A stretch of 64,000 nt of DNA, taken from Balanoglossus misakiensis. Taxonomy: Eukaryota > Animalia > Hemichordata. How positions within the stretch are numbered: position 1 is the first letter of the stretch; each line of letters begins with the position of its first letter. A program made the translations under genes and the position numbers. The notes under the pieces are model-generated. The model saw only the letters and a program-made list of their open reading frames with translations. It was not told the DNA's origin and ran no database searches. Positions 1 to 24,029 of the stretch are shown here, piece after piece. The DNA is taken from the NCBI GenBank assembly GCA_040954595.2, contig CM082578.2:17303812-17367811 (forward strand). Reading direction: 5' to 3'.

Positions 1-10411
<10,411 letters not shown>

Positions 10412-11914
10412 TATTGTACGGTTGTTTTAGTTATGGTCCCATCAACTGCAATAATAATAGCGCCTCCAAGACCAAGCCTGAGAAGAACAAGAAGAAACTT
10501 TGGAAGCAGTCTGTAGTGGTGTATAGGCTCCGGCCAATGTGTGGTTGTGTTGTTTGATGTCTGGGTATTGTTCAAAGGTCTCTTGTTCTTGATTGATAAC
10601 CCCAGCAGTCAAATGTCACTTTAGTGCATATTAGATGTCAAAAGTCTGGACCACAACCTGTAAGTAAAATGTTATTAATAATAATATTTCTTTATTTCAG
10701 GATATAGAAAAAATCCCATAGATTTGACAGATATTTAAAAAAGAAAACACCACATAAAAATAATAATAATAAAAAACGGTTAAAAATACATTGATATTCA
10801 GATCAGATGTATAGATTCACATGGGTATTTCATTAAAAGAAAAAGAAAAATACTTGTTTTCATTTTTCCATAGTCCTTTAATAACGGCAACAGCTCATCA
10901 ACAATGAAAAGCACTGAAAGCCTGTTCAAATCTTTAAAAAAAAATGTTTGTGAAAGGTTAGGTATACGCGGTCACCTGCAATTTACATGTGCCCATATAT
11001 GGCTGAGATGGCATACTGAGTGTTCGAAAGAACATATATTGGCGCTTTTTTCACGTGCCACCCACTGAAAATCTGTGATTGGCTGAATCTCAATTTCAAT
11101 TTGCCATAGCCCATGTAATCGGACACTCTGCGTGGCGGTGACCGCTCAATAACCCCTAGATGCCAGACAATCAATGACAATACACCACCTCGCAGAGTTG
11201 GTTGGTAGTCTTGACCACCACGCCCCCCCCCCCCACGTCCCCCCTCTACTTGCGCGTCAAGTATGTTTTCTTACCTTACACTACCTACCTCTCAGGGTCA
11301 GGTGTTGGGGATATTTCTGCATAAACCGACTTCAACTATACACGTAATACTAGTAACGCGACGTCTGGGATTGTGCCCCGATTGTCCCAGAGTCAGAGGG
11401 GAAACAGAATGACCTGAAATGACCTTGAATATACGACCTTTTAAACAGTTGAACGGCGCCCCCAATCCCGTCGGCTCCGCTGAGTGTCCGAGGACATGAA
11501 CAAGTACTTTGTGCGTGTGATTTATCGCTGAAAAAATTGCTGCTGTACTTAAGTGTTAATCAAATGATTTGATATGAGCACAGTGACACCCACATCTCTC
11601 CATGGTTGCTATGTTGTGGGCAAAAATAAAAATTGCGTATTACATCTTGCACTTTTCAGTGGGTCCTAGTCAACACCAACACCACAAAACGTAAACGAAA
11701 AGAAAGTGGTTCTGACTTTTTTCAGAACAATGCTATGGGAAACGTATTTTTTCATTTTGGTCTATTAAATTATAGTGTAGCCTACATGATCTGCATGGCA
11801 AACACATGACGTTTTGAGTGTTGATACGCGTCACATTGGCGAAGCAAAAGTAAATAAATGTACATAGCTAACTGTACAGTGATTGTTACTCCCTCAGAGC
11901 ATTATGAATGCGTC

Positions 11915-13448
11915 ATGAAGATTCTGTTTTGGTTTTTATTCAGCACGATACATTTAGCACAGGTAAATACGACGTTAATAATATCACATCATTACCGTAA
12001 ATAACAATACATAATGTTCTTGTTAGAGTGCAAAGGTTGTTAACGCAGCTAGTGTAAAAATGTGCTATTTTTTTTTTCTCAAAAGGGGACTGGATTGACA
12101 TGTTACTACATCCACACAGGCACCGCGGGCGTCGAGTATAGTCACAAATTTACGTAAGTATAAAATATACCAATTATGTAAACTTGAAGCTGATTTTTAC
12201 GGCCATGGCTTATACTTATACAAGCATTTAGTGAGCGCGTTGTTGAACGCCAGTTTGTCGGGCACACGCGTTGCAAATTCTACTTTGTCTACAATTCACC
12301 CACTTTTTGTTTACTATTCGTTGAACTTATTTCTACGCTTACAAACGACCTCGTGAATGCATTGAGAAAATACTTATGTCTTAAACATTTCATCTTGTCT
12401 TTTTGAATCTCCTAGATGTCTTAGCAAGCAGTATTGTTGCGGCGATTCCTGCTGTGATCTTTCAGGGAGCAATTCTCCATGGTGGATATAGTAAGTGAAC
12501 CTACTTTTAATATCTCGGTGAATAGTGTAGATAAATTCAATGAGTGACACGTGATGTTTGACCCAGATACATCTGGTTTCATTTTATTAAAATCAGCTCA
12601 ACGATCTTGTATTTAGTCTGAGGAGGAACCATACATAACCCAGAGGCAATGGGCCATGACCCGGGTTGACCTTTGTATGTGGTGATGCGCACCCCATCCA
12701 GAGTGACCCTATCCTCTCAATCTGATTAAAATCTTCTGTAGAGAGTGCCTTTCCTCTGTAGAAAGCGAATCAGAACAACTAAATCTTGGCCGTATATTGC
12801 AGCCTTATAATCGCAATAGGGGTTGCCTTGCCAACAGTCCTCCTCGTCGCGCTGGCAGTCCTCTTTTGCACGAAGCAATACAACAGCTCAAATCGACGAA
12901 GGTCCATTGCCAGTCTCCGCCCTACACACCATCTAACCGTCTCGCAAACAATCACTGAACACGACCGCCTTGGACAGCTGCCCCATGCGGATCGACGTCC
13001 CCGCACACCTGAACACGGTAAGAGATTAAAGATCAGTTCAAGAGTTTCCTCGACGAATTTCTCGATGCAATTAACATAGGAAAAGAACGTTCACTAGACT
13101 GAATGATCAAAAGTTGCCGCTATTTCCCCATTGTCCGCCAAGAATTGATATTGCGAATTGAAAAATTAAAAACATATCTACTGGATAGTAGCCAAGTATT
13201 TCTATTGCTGGTCTTATTTGATGAGTGGACTTTAAAGTTGTGGTCTACATGTGATCTGCAGTAAATTCTAATCTGGCCAATCGAGGGCGCTTTAGCAGTC
13301 AATTTTCAAACGCACTTTTTTGTCTAAACCAGGTAATGCCAGCATTCCAGGGGTCATTGAAGACACCAAGCAGGTGGAAGAGACGATCTCTGTTACCAGC
13401 AAAGCCAGGGGAACTATACTAGACCATGAATGTGACTTCCTGCCATGA
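11915..13448 (+). CDS. Small single-pass membrane protein with a 6-Cys ectodomain (Shisa/WBP1/VOPP1/TMEM92-like), ~173 aa
   Basis: Exons 11915-11962, 12086-12153, 12416-12490, 12803-13017 and 13333-13448 are all GT-AG with compatible phases (522 nt). Protein: MKILFWFLFSTIHLAQ (signal peptide) GTGLTCYYIHTGTAGVEYSHKFTCLSKQYCCGDSCCDLSGSNSPWWIY, then TM LIIAIGVALPTVLLVALAVLFC, then a cytoplasmic tail ending ECDFLP*. Confidence 0.8.
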
Positions 13449-13598
13449 AGATTTCTGAATTAGAATGTTCAAAGTCGAGACATATTTTCAAGGATATACG
13501 TAGGCCTATTACTCGTTATGTTGTATACAAGTTTTGAGATCGACCAATCACTGTTCACGTCTTGCAACTATTACTTTGACAGTTGGCGATTCATCTCT

Positions 13599-13691
13599 TT
13601 AACCCTTTCACAACCATGGTTCAGTCTAAACCTATTGTTTTTAATGGTAAGGTTGGGCCTCTTTAGAGGGAACTGGGGGTGAAAGGGTTAA
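13599..13691. mobile_element. piggyBac-type MITE (85 bp) with TTAA target-site duplication
   Basis: TTAA|CCCTTTCAC...GTGAAAGGG|TTAA. The terminal inverted repeats start with CCC and are flanked by TTAA on both sides. Confidence 0.75.
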
Positions 13692-13781
13692 AGACTCTCA
13701 GCTGTATGCAGCTTTTTAGATATCTCGACGGTCGAATAAATCAAAGAAGACTAATAGACAGTAGCAGTGAAGTAAACGGAC

Positions 13782-13842
13782 GCCACCACCACCACCACCA
13801 CCACCACCGTCATGATCACCACCACCACCACCACCATCATCG
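13782..13842. repeat. (CAC)n/(CAT)n microsatellite
   Basis: Tandem caccaccac/catcat. It produces spurious poly-His and poly-Gly ORFs. Confidence 0.9.
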
Positions 13843-14390
13843 TCATTTCCGACATATCGATATCGTTCGTGCCATTTATTCAAAGCGGTCCTGATCATTT
13901 TAGGGGTCTCATCAGAAAGGAAATTCATCGCCCTGTCACGACTATAAAACGATTGAAGAATTAAAAATCTTAGCACAGCAAATTAAATTGAGAAAATATA
14001 AACCATAGGGCCCAAACAAGCGACGACAATGGGTGCTGTAACAAATAAAGCGTTCGGACACAGGGACAGAGAACAATGCGCAATGTTGTCATTCACATGC
14101 TCGACGGGGAAAGTGAGATCGCCGAGTAACTGTAGCAGTGTGCGATCGTCGATAACCGGTGTTACGTTTCCACCCGACAGTAGAGGTTTTACATCGTGTT
14201 ACCAATCCATGTGTTTCGGCTCTGCATAATCAACAACGGCTACGTCGTCAAATTAGTAATTAATATAGCTGGTTGCATTATGCGGTGAAATTGATGGGAA
14301 ATTGGGCGCACTGGGGCATGTCGCTGTTGCCATTTCGTTCTGCATCCAGCCTGAGAAAACGACAGAGCGAAGACGTCGTCGACAACAGCT

Positions 14391-17300
14391 ATGGCGGTTA
14401 TCGGAAACATGTCTTTGACGCAGGTGTTGGTGTTACAGACTCGGGCGCAGGCAACGCTAAGAGAGGCCATCAAAAATGAACGCTCCAAGCGTTGGCAACA
14501 GGTAAGCGTATTACCACGAGCGATACAGGCCCTATGGCCTCATGCTTGTACTTCCATTTATTCGTCGGTTCGTACACATCGACATGATAAGGGAAAGCCG
14601 TTGCTATGCCAATTCCGTGTGTGAGTATACTCTGTGTGCTTGGCTATAGGTTAACACAGAAGAGGGGTTTAAATTTCAAAACGGCAATAACTCCTCCTTC
14701 CCCGACATTTTCGGTCGGCAAGAAATAAATCAACGAATGTCATAATGATATAGATGGCTAACGGAGGACAGTAGGTTTAAAACTGTTCTGTCGTGGACAA
14801 AAAGTGCGAATTTTGTTCGTCACAGACACAGGCTAATAAGACACTGCTAATCGAAATATAATTGCAGTATTACAATTTACAACGTTTACACATAGCTGTA
14901 TTACTTCCGTCACGGTGATGTGATAATATGCCACGTAATGGACAAAATCAAGATCTCTATCATGTTAACATTGATCTCACACCTGTTGCTCGGTAACGCA
15001 GCCATCAATAATGGCACAATATATACATAATTATGTTAATAAAATAGGTCTGCGACTTAGAATAGCGATTAGTAAACCCAAAACAGGGTCGATATTACCA
15101 AGATATTGCACTCACGGCGACCGCACGTTATTTCTCACAACTCATTGCGCAGACGGCGTTGTGATTCAATTCTCTTCGCGATACACAAATCAATAGCGCA
15201 GTTTAGCCGTGAAAATATACACCGTTTCCATGGTAGGCGGAGTGATGCGGCAGGTTAAATAGGGGTAACCCAAATGTCTTTCTTCGATTGCAGCACTGCT
15301 GGGCGACTACAACATCAGGTTGTTATGCGAATATTGCGAGCAGTAGCTTGAGGGTCCCTTGCATGATTAGAGATGAACAGTGTCACTTCCACGGTCTGTA
15401 GAACGCTCTGTTTGGAGTCAGATGCCGACAGATGTGAACCCTCTGTTGTTGTATATTTCAGACGTCGCTTTTTTACCTGTCGGTCCGTTGCCGTCGGTTA
15501 CAGACTGATACGTGCACCGGGTTGTCTTTCATTGAACGAGGATAAAAGCGAGGGGGACAACATCTTTACAAAACGATAATCGAATTCCCAAGACATTGAA
15601 TGAAACATGGAACTAACAGCGATGTTAGTTCCCATGGCAACGTTTCAACCGGACTGGTGATACATTGTGATAAGTGTGCTTTGTCACACGTTTTCCACGA
15701 TTTTGAATATCTCCGATGAAACCAACAATAAAGTGGAGAAGATATGAATATTAGACATTACCAGGTTCACACACAGTAAAATACGTCAGAGACATCGATT
15801 GATATGCAAATTTTTTTTTACATGTATGCGCAATGTGATATAATACCTTCCTTACAGCTTTCATATCCCTGGCCAAATATTGAATTGAGTGTGAATTAGC
15901 TTGGTAATAACCTAATCTACGTGCAGCCGATCTAATTCGACGAAACCGACGCCATGTCGGCGAATATGTTCTGAAATAAGACCCTATATTTGGTGTTCAC
16001 CGACCCTTGGCATTCCCTTTCACACAAATGCGCACTGTACTTCATATCATGTATATAGATGATTGAATCTAGAAATGAAAGCAACTTCACGCCACATCAC
16101 GCCAGTAATTAGAGTATAATCGTATCCTTGCGTAAACACTTCTGTGAGTTTCTATGGCAGCAACTGCGTAATGTCAACTCTGCGCTTAGTGTGTAGGTTT
16201 TATAAGTGGTGCACGTCCACTTTGCCGGGTCAGAATGCAATTACGTCACTCATAAAAAGTCAACGTGTCCTCCATATCTTATGTAGTAGTCTGTGAATAC
16301 ATATGCAGTAGTCTATGATACATATAGTTGCCCCTGTAAGATTTTTCTGGGTAAATGCTTCAAGTTGTATTTTTTTTACTCTTAGGTGATTGGGAATTAC
16401 AGACACCTTCTGAAACTTATAGCCAAGGAACGGCTACGAAGTGGTTGGACAAAGCCAACATGGTATAATCTCTTGGTAAGTAAACTTTATGGTGTGGAAC
16501 CTTTTAGATACCGAACAGAGAGACAAGCAACGGTATTGGCCTAGACTGCCTCCGTCTCTCTTTCTGTTTGTCTTTCTCCCTCTCCCAACCCCCCCCCCCT
16601 TTTCTCTATAATCATCAACACTGACTAAATGTAACTTATATATTACTAAAATTGATAATCATGATAATACATGTATTGTATAGATAAAGATTTTATTTCC
16701 ATTTCCTCATCAGATGTATGAAACTCATTATCATATTGGTCTAGCCTTACAACGTCTAGATGATCATAAAACTGCCTTGCAACACTACAACAAGGCCATT
16801 GTTGCAATATCTATACCAAAGGTACGTATGATGGTGGTGGTGGTGGTTGGTGGTGGTGGTGGTGGTGGTGGTGGTGGTGGTGGTGACGACCCACAGAAGC
16901 AGCATTTCACTTTGAATGATAATAAGTTTATGGTACTCTCTTTTTCAGAACGGTTGTGCGGCCAAGTGCAATTCTAATTCATGTTTACACACTCCTCTAT
17001 TCGCTAAAAGAGCATTTGCCCATGCAAAAATAGGTAAGATAATGAAAATCTTTAATTTGATATTGTGATATTTATCTTACACGAGGCTACATGACTCGGT
17101 TTATTTTGTGCTAGTTGGCTAAAAATTCACGTTTGTGTATTGAGTATATGATGAGCATAACAATTGCCGCATATATACTTTATAGAATACGCATTGTTTT
17201 CCATTCACAGGAGAATTTCGCTGTGCAGTGAAGGACGCCGAAAAGGCTGTTGTTTTGGACAGTAAAAATCCAGTAAGTACATTTATACGGGCTACATTAG

Positions 17301-20085
17301 CTTTGAGGTATGTAGGCTACCCCATGTTTTTATAATTAGAAATATCACCGAGTCGTGTTTTGAGTGATGTTTTTACGTTGTGTTTTCGTACTTATATTGA
17401 AGGTAAAACGGCGTAACTCCTTGTTTTAATACTGCTCCCTTTAATTCTCCAGGATGTGTACTGCATTCGAGCCATGGTTCACAATACTATGGGAGAGAAG
17501 AAGAGGGCTTTGTTCGATCTCAACATCGCTCTCGGGCTGAATGCTAACCACGCGTGCGCGTTAGTGTTGCGAGGAGCTATCGACAAACCAGTGGTAGGTG
17601 AGAGCAGAGAGTGAATAAGAACAACGTAGAAAGAGGGGCATTTTTCGATCCAACGCTCGTTTGTGTAAAATGATACCAAGATTACAACAAGCGTTGCTGA
17701 CTATTGTCGTCTTCGGTAGTTGAAATTGTAATACAAATCAGCCATGAAAGACACGACACTGCCAACATTGCGCATAATAAGGGTTGTAGGCCCATAACTA
17801 ATAATTTTGATTTTTTTGTTCGAACAGCGCGACGAAGTTGCTGAATACTTGGAGGGAAAACGAGCACCAAAGTTAACGGCAGATCACTTGTTGGTAAGCG
17901 TAACTTCGAGTAACAATTGGGTTCAACTTTTTCAAGTGTGTGTTGGTACTTTGAGAGAAGTAAAGTTGTCAAGCGAACAGACTACTTATCTAAAGACGAC
18001 TAAATTTATTCGCAAGTGAACATGTTCTTTTTTAACAGGCATGCGTTGTTAAACCAGACGCTCAGAACTTCCTGGATGTGACAGATTTCAATCATCCAAG
18101 AATATTAGACTTTTATGACAGGTATGTAACGGGCCGCGTTTCTACTTATTCTCCCTTTCTGAGGCTTAATAGCATGATAGTTAAAGTTACTTGTGAGTCA
18201 AGGTTTGCATAACCACAAATAAATGAGTATTTCCATGGATAGCAGAAGAAACAAATTTTCACTTGCATTGTGACGAGACCAAGGAATGGACAAATCCTGA
18301 TAACAAGAGTTTATTCAGTCACGAGGTTTCTTCATAGTTTATACCTTATTTACTACTATTTTATTTGTTTATTCATAATAATTACTTCATTTGTTTTTCT
18401 TTAGGTTTTTGTTTTCGTTGAACATACCGCATACTGTGTGCGACTATCACGTGATGCTCTTGCCGTCACAGTTTTGGGGTCTCATGGCAACCGTAAACAG
18501 GCCCAACTTCGCCCAAACTGATGTGGCTATGTCACCAAAAGCTGAAGTCGACGCTGGTATGTATCCTTAAATACATGTTAAAGAAAAGTTACATTGCCGA
18601 GTTTTGGGACGAATAAAAGAGATTTAGGAATATAATGGGATAGCCTGAGGATGGAAATATAGTAATTCTGTTACCAATTTTGCGAATTATAGGCCAAATC
18701 ATAGTAAAATTGCTACTACAAAGTTCTTTATGCCTGTCAGGTACCTCATTGATGTCGTCCACACGAAATGTAACCGGACAAACACCACGTGGGTGTGGAA
18801 TACACCCGGCAATTCCATCCATGACACCACGACGCAAAGTTTCTCAAGCCGTCCGAGCATTTCGGGTTAGCGCCGGGTCACAATACACAGAGACGGTCTC
18901 TGCCACGGAAAGGCGTCACGCCTACGACAACGCTGTCCGTCGGACACAGCGGCGAGCGAAGTCAGCTCCGCCGATGAGACTCACGTCACCGCTAGGTAAT
19001 TTAACACAATAGTTTTTCAAATACTTGTTTCGTCAGTATATGCACAAGTCAACCGCAAGCGAATATGTTCTATGATACCAGTACGCGGCAAACATCTAAA
19101 GAGAAAATCTGCCCAAGAAGTACATTATTCAAACTCTCGACAAGCGAAACTTGCGCTTTGACATCAAATCTCTCCCATCTCCCTTCTCTAAAATGAAGTT
19201 TGGAAGTGAGCAAATGCGGTGGAGAAATTATGCTTTGAAGTTTCACACACCGCACGCACCCTCACCAAAAAGTTGTTGTTGTTGCTAAAATGAGATCCTT
19301 TCACAGTATCATCGGGTACAGCACCTTCGTGTAGAGCCTGCACTGCGCCTACAAGCAGCAGGACGTTCAGACCAATGTCGGCTGTAACGTCATCACAAGC
19401 AAAGACACAGCTTTCGTATTCGACATTAAACAAAAACCTGGAAAACCTCTGCCCGAAAAAGGCGCTTTCACTGGCCAACATTCGGGTAAGAATGTTCCCA
19501 ATATAACGTGATATATTTCAGTCCGGGTTTGCGAGTTTTTCTTTACATGTATATGCCAACTTTGAACATGGTTGTACAACCCACCCACCATAGTTCGCCA
19601 GATCAGCTACATGAAATCAAAACATGTGATGTTATACCTCGTTTTGTAAATAAGTCATTGTGCCCAGGATATATGTATTATTTGCTGGGGCATATTTTGC
19701 CAGAAAGAATGACCGACAAGACAACCAGTGTCGGATTCGATTCGCCATGCTTTAAAAGCGCCACCTATGTCGGTCTGCTAAATGCTCTTGTTTAATTTGT
19801 ACACTTTTTAAATCGGACAGGTAATGGAACGGGTTAACATCAAGGGTGCACCGAGAATGTACATAAAGTAAGTAAAAAATAATGGTTTCATGTTTTCATC
19901 CTCCCAAAGTTCGTGAGATAACAAAAAGTAGTTTCAAAATAATGAATCATGAACTCAAAATATTATGTTTTGTCACCTGTTTCAGGCCATGGCTTGGAGA
20001 TAGGATTCCACCAGCTGATAAGGAAGAGCGTGTGTCCAAATTTATCAGCCCCAAACCATTCCTGGGGGTTGGTCCTTACAGATAA
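14391..20085 (+). CDS. Uncharacterised tetratricopeptide-repeat protein, ~492 aa
   Basis: Exons 14391-14501, 16386-16475, 16714-16821, 16949-17033, 17211-17272, 17453-17593, 17828-17893, 18039-18121, 18405-18556, 18741-18995, 19307-19485, 19821-19867, 19986-20085 (1479 nt, in frame). TPR-like units: YHIGLALQRLDDHKTALQHYNKAI; FAKRAFAHAKIGEFRCAVKDAEKAVVLDSKNP; VYCIRAMVHNTMGEKKRALFDLNIALGLNANH. The C-terminal half is S/T/R-rich. Confidence 0.8.
14600..16161. promoter_or_regulatory. Cluster of RFX X-box-like motifs in intron 1 of the TPR gene
   Basis: GTTGCTATGCCAAT (14600), GTTGCTCGGTAAC (14985), GTTTCCATGGTAGG (15224), GTTCCCATGGCAAC (15628, near-perfect) and GTTTCTATGGCAGC (16148). Confidence 0.55.
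16830..16886. repeat. (GGT)n microsatellite, intronic
   Basis: Tandem ggtggtggt in TPR gene intron 3. Confidence 0.9.
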
Positions 20086-20973
20086 TCTGGGTGTTCATAA
20101 GATCCCAGAGAACAGCAAGACGTAAGATTTACAAAACATTAGAGTACATGTCGCCAGCTTTACAAAATAACAGTTCATTACGACTGCATTGTATGCTTCA
20201 TACAGACCAGACATCAAAAAACTTCTCAAAATGCTTTACTTTATTCAAAATTCATTTCTGACAAAAATAAGATCCACTGTATTGATTGATCACAGATGTT
20301 CATCGCACATGTAAATTCTGACGGCATACGACACAAGAGAGAAATTAGTTTTTGACAAGAATTCAGAACAGGCAAAAAAGGGTTGATTAAAACACTTGTG
20401 AACCATAATCCACTACATGAAACTTTCAGGAATTTTCAGGGAAGTATCCCTGATCATTTTGAAAGGCAAAAACAACAATTGATCCAGTACATTATGAAGA
20501 TTTCAAGTACTTAGAAATCATGTCGTTTTTCTTAAAAGATTCCCTGAACACTAATTATTATTATTATGAATTCCAAATGAAATCAGAAGGGTACATTGCT
20601 ATCACACTGATTTTTTATCAACTGGTTCAAATTTATGCAGAGCAGTAAGAAACTGATAGATGGTAAAAAATTACGGCATTGGCACAAAATCTGACTCTTT
20701 CCAACCTTATTAAATGATAAAAAAAATACTGACCTATACATTAAATATCATAGACTGGTTTTAATAAATAAAAGAATCAGATGAACTCACTTGGCAGGCT
20801 CAAAGAACAAGCTGAGAACTCTTTGTAGTGCCAGTAAAAATCTGAGTCCCTCGAAATGCATCCAGCATGTCAGTACAGACATCTACTTCCCAGAATGGAT
20901 TTCATGCATGAATGCATGCACGGCAAGGCTGATAGTCCAAGCACATTACAACCATGTCTCTCTCACCCGTGAA

Positions 20974-23366
20974 CTATGACCTGACTAACTTGAACCCGTG
21001 GCCGGTGTCGATCACCAGCGGCGACAGCCACTTCATCTTGCAGCGCGTTATGCACCGCAGACAGGAGTCGCAGCACCCGAAGATGTTCGTGTCGCCCGGG
21101 ATACTGAGGATGATGATGAAGGGTCTGGTTATGGAGGGGAAACTGTTCTGCCAGTGCGACTCGATGTCTTGCTCGGTCGGCGAATGAAAAGTGAAGTCCG
21201 TCCACGCCTTGGAGACGCCATACGTGGCCCTCATCAGGCGGCCCTGCTCACTCCAGTTCACATCGCTCTCTTTAGAGCAATTGTAATCCACCCACTCTTT
21301 GGTGAAATCACCAATGTGTATTGCTGTCGGCATTTCTGGATCTGTCGTTTTCTCAGTGATGGCCGTCTGTATGGCAATGAAGTCCTCTCTATTCCTGCGT
21401 ACCTTTTTCACCCACTCTAAGCAGTCTTTGGTGTCTGTGATCAGGATCAGCCGTGACCCCGATTCGCCGCTAGCCTCTCTCCACCATTCCACCAGAGTCT
21501 CCAGTTTCATAGATGCATCACCTGTTGGTTGAATCATTGAACGTGATATAACACTGCTACTTGAATAGTGATAAGTCAACACAACAGATTAATCAATCAT
21601 ACACATGTATGGTACTGACAAATGGGTAAGAAGTACTTCTCATATCTGATGTAACTGCCAAGAAAAGACCTTCATCTCTCACCTGCAAGAGCCCAGTCCC
21701 CATTAGTGTGTACATGTCCACTGTAATACACAACATAAGTGTCGTAGCGCGGCCCGTCTTTTGTCCGCTTTTCAAACAGGCTCTTCAACTTGGACTCCAC
21801 AGTTTCCAGTGTGAGCCCGCTGGTGGAGTAATCACAGCTGAAGATCTCGATCATGTGATGCAAGAAGAATGTCTGCATTGTGTTGAGGATCTCAGTTGAT
21901 CTGGCGCTGTGCTCTTGTATTGCATTGGCTGGCAGAAGCACAGCATCACCGTCCAATCTGTTGGCGGGAAATAGAAACAATGTCATATGTGTATTTCTAC
22001 CAAGTGGTAACAGTTTGAATACAGTTGATCTTTGATCTGTTCTGATGTGGACGTACATGGTTGTATATCATTCATAAATAACCCTAGATTATTGAGATGC
22101 TTACCTGCAGAAGTTGGATGGTGCCACAAGAGCATACCCAACACAGGTTCCTCCCAGTGACTTGCCGAGTTCATTCAGTAATCCCAGCTGCATGCACTCC
22201 AAGGGCAAAACGATCAGAAACATACTCAGGAAATTAGCGTTGTCCTTCTGCCACGACACGGCACTCAGCATCAGAGTTGTGGCGAAGGAGAAGCAGATGA
22301 ACCGCTGGGAAATCAGGCAAAAGTATCGGAGACCCTTGGATGCCATTATTCGGCTGAGGCTCTTCGCGTCAGTCGTCATGGCTCGGTACACCACTAAACA
22401 TTCGTGGACTTTGCTGAGGAAGCTCCACCAGGTGAAAATCTGCGCCGAGTGGAAACACAGCCACAGCAGACCGAAAAGAATGAAAAACGGGATTGAGAAA
22501 TACCATTCCTCGTGGGTCACTGTCACCTGACCAGCAAAGACAAAAAATGTGATTTCGATGGCAAACAGCAGAAGAACAGACAAAGTGCTGATGATTCTGT
22601 TGGAATACAGGTAGCACTGCCAGCGTTCCAGTAACGACAAACTCGAAAAGTATGTGTCCAGTAGTGTGTCTATGGCAATTCTTCCAGCAAAACAGCTGAG
22701 GGCATAGGGGTTTGGCATCACGTTGATGGCTGGGAAGAAATAGACAGCCGACACAGTGTACGCAACTGCAACTGTGGGTATGGCCAGTAACACGCGCAAC
22801 CGGAGAGCCATGAGTGTAAATGCATACGCGATCACCAGCAGCCACACTGCTATGAGATCGTCTCTCAGTATCACACTGGCCACTGCGAAACCTATGAGTT
22901 CGAACGCCTCCATGTTGTTCAGCAGAATGGAGCGGTAAGTGACGAGTCCGCAGATCCGTTCCACCAGCGACCAGAAACACTTGAGTCCCAGACTGGTCAT
23001 CAACATGATGTTCAGCAGCGTCTCGTTTGTTTCGTACTTGTACTTTTCAATCTCTGTGTAGGTGATCATCCCCAGAAGGCATCCACACCACAGGTTGAAG
23101 AAACAAGTGCTGATGTTCTCCAGGCCGAAGTAGTAATAGAATATACAGCAGAGGGCAAACAGCAGCAGTCCACACATAGTCAGCACCAGGATGGTTGTGT
23201 CTTGGCTGTGAATCCATCTGTTGTAGAGTCCTATGCAGATGGCCACCAGTAAGACCAGGCTGCTCAGGTGGCCAATGTAGCGCACATTACACTGTTTGTG
23301 TAGTTCAACCATCTTATTGAAGGGCAAACGAAGACAGTGACTAGTAAAATACTTGAGTGAAATCAT
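20974..23366 (-). CDS. TMEM168: Transmembrane protein 168, ~694 aa
   Basis: Exons 23366-22105, 21957-21683 and 21521-20974. Recognisable TMEM168 motifs: [51 protein letters not shown] and the C-terminal [11 protein letters not shown]. Confidence 0.95.
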
Positions 23367-24029
23367 GGAGATTGCAAAGAAACGCCGATTTGTTGGGTAA
23401 AGACTGATTCCTCTTCTTCTAGTTGTTTACTCTTGCATTACAATTTAGGAAAATATTGCAGTGCAAAGACAGCCCCAAACCCTGTGGACGAATTGAATAT
23501 TCATGTAAGATGCTTTTGAAAACAAAATATTACTTATAGTATAATGATGTATATTATAATATATGTGATCTTCTCCCCTTCAACCATTATCATTGAGGAC
23601 ACGGTCTGACCAATACAAACAAAGGTGAGGCATAAACAGTGACCACGGAGCTTCCACAGTGTGCGTGACTTGAAAACGCTTTAAAGGTCAGCTCTAGAAC
23701 ATCTAGCACCTCACAAGTTTCAGTGAACTTTTACCAGGCTGGAGATACTGGGTAAATATTTTTTTCTTCCAGCATTGTGGTTTGTGTTTGGTGCATATGA
23801 GACATAGGTGTGATGTTTATGAACGACAAGGTCGCCGTAATCAGTGACTACCACAACACGTACAGTTCTGTCAGATGATCCAGCTGTATTCAACGACAAC
23901 ACATCAACACTGAACAGCTGTACGTACAGGACACACGTTGGCGATCCACGTGTGCATAGATCGATCACTTGAATAATTCTGCATTTCACAGTATGTCAAT
24001 GCCTACTTTATTCAGTTATGGAAATGTCT

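Noticed and set aside
13679-13976. Poly-His and poly-Gly ORFs
   Set aside because: Artefact of the (CAC)n microsatellite.
19082-19161. Possible alternative terminal exon of the TPR gene (VRGKHLKRKSAQ...*)
   Set aside because: It is phase-compatible, but the acceptor is weak and there is no other support.
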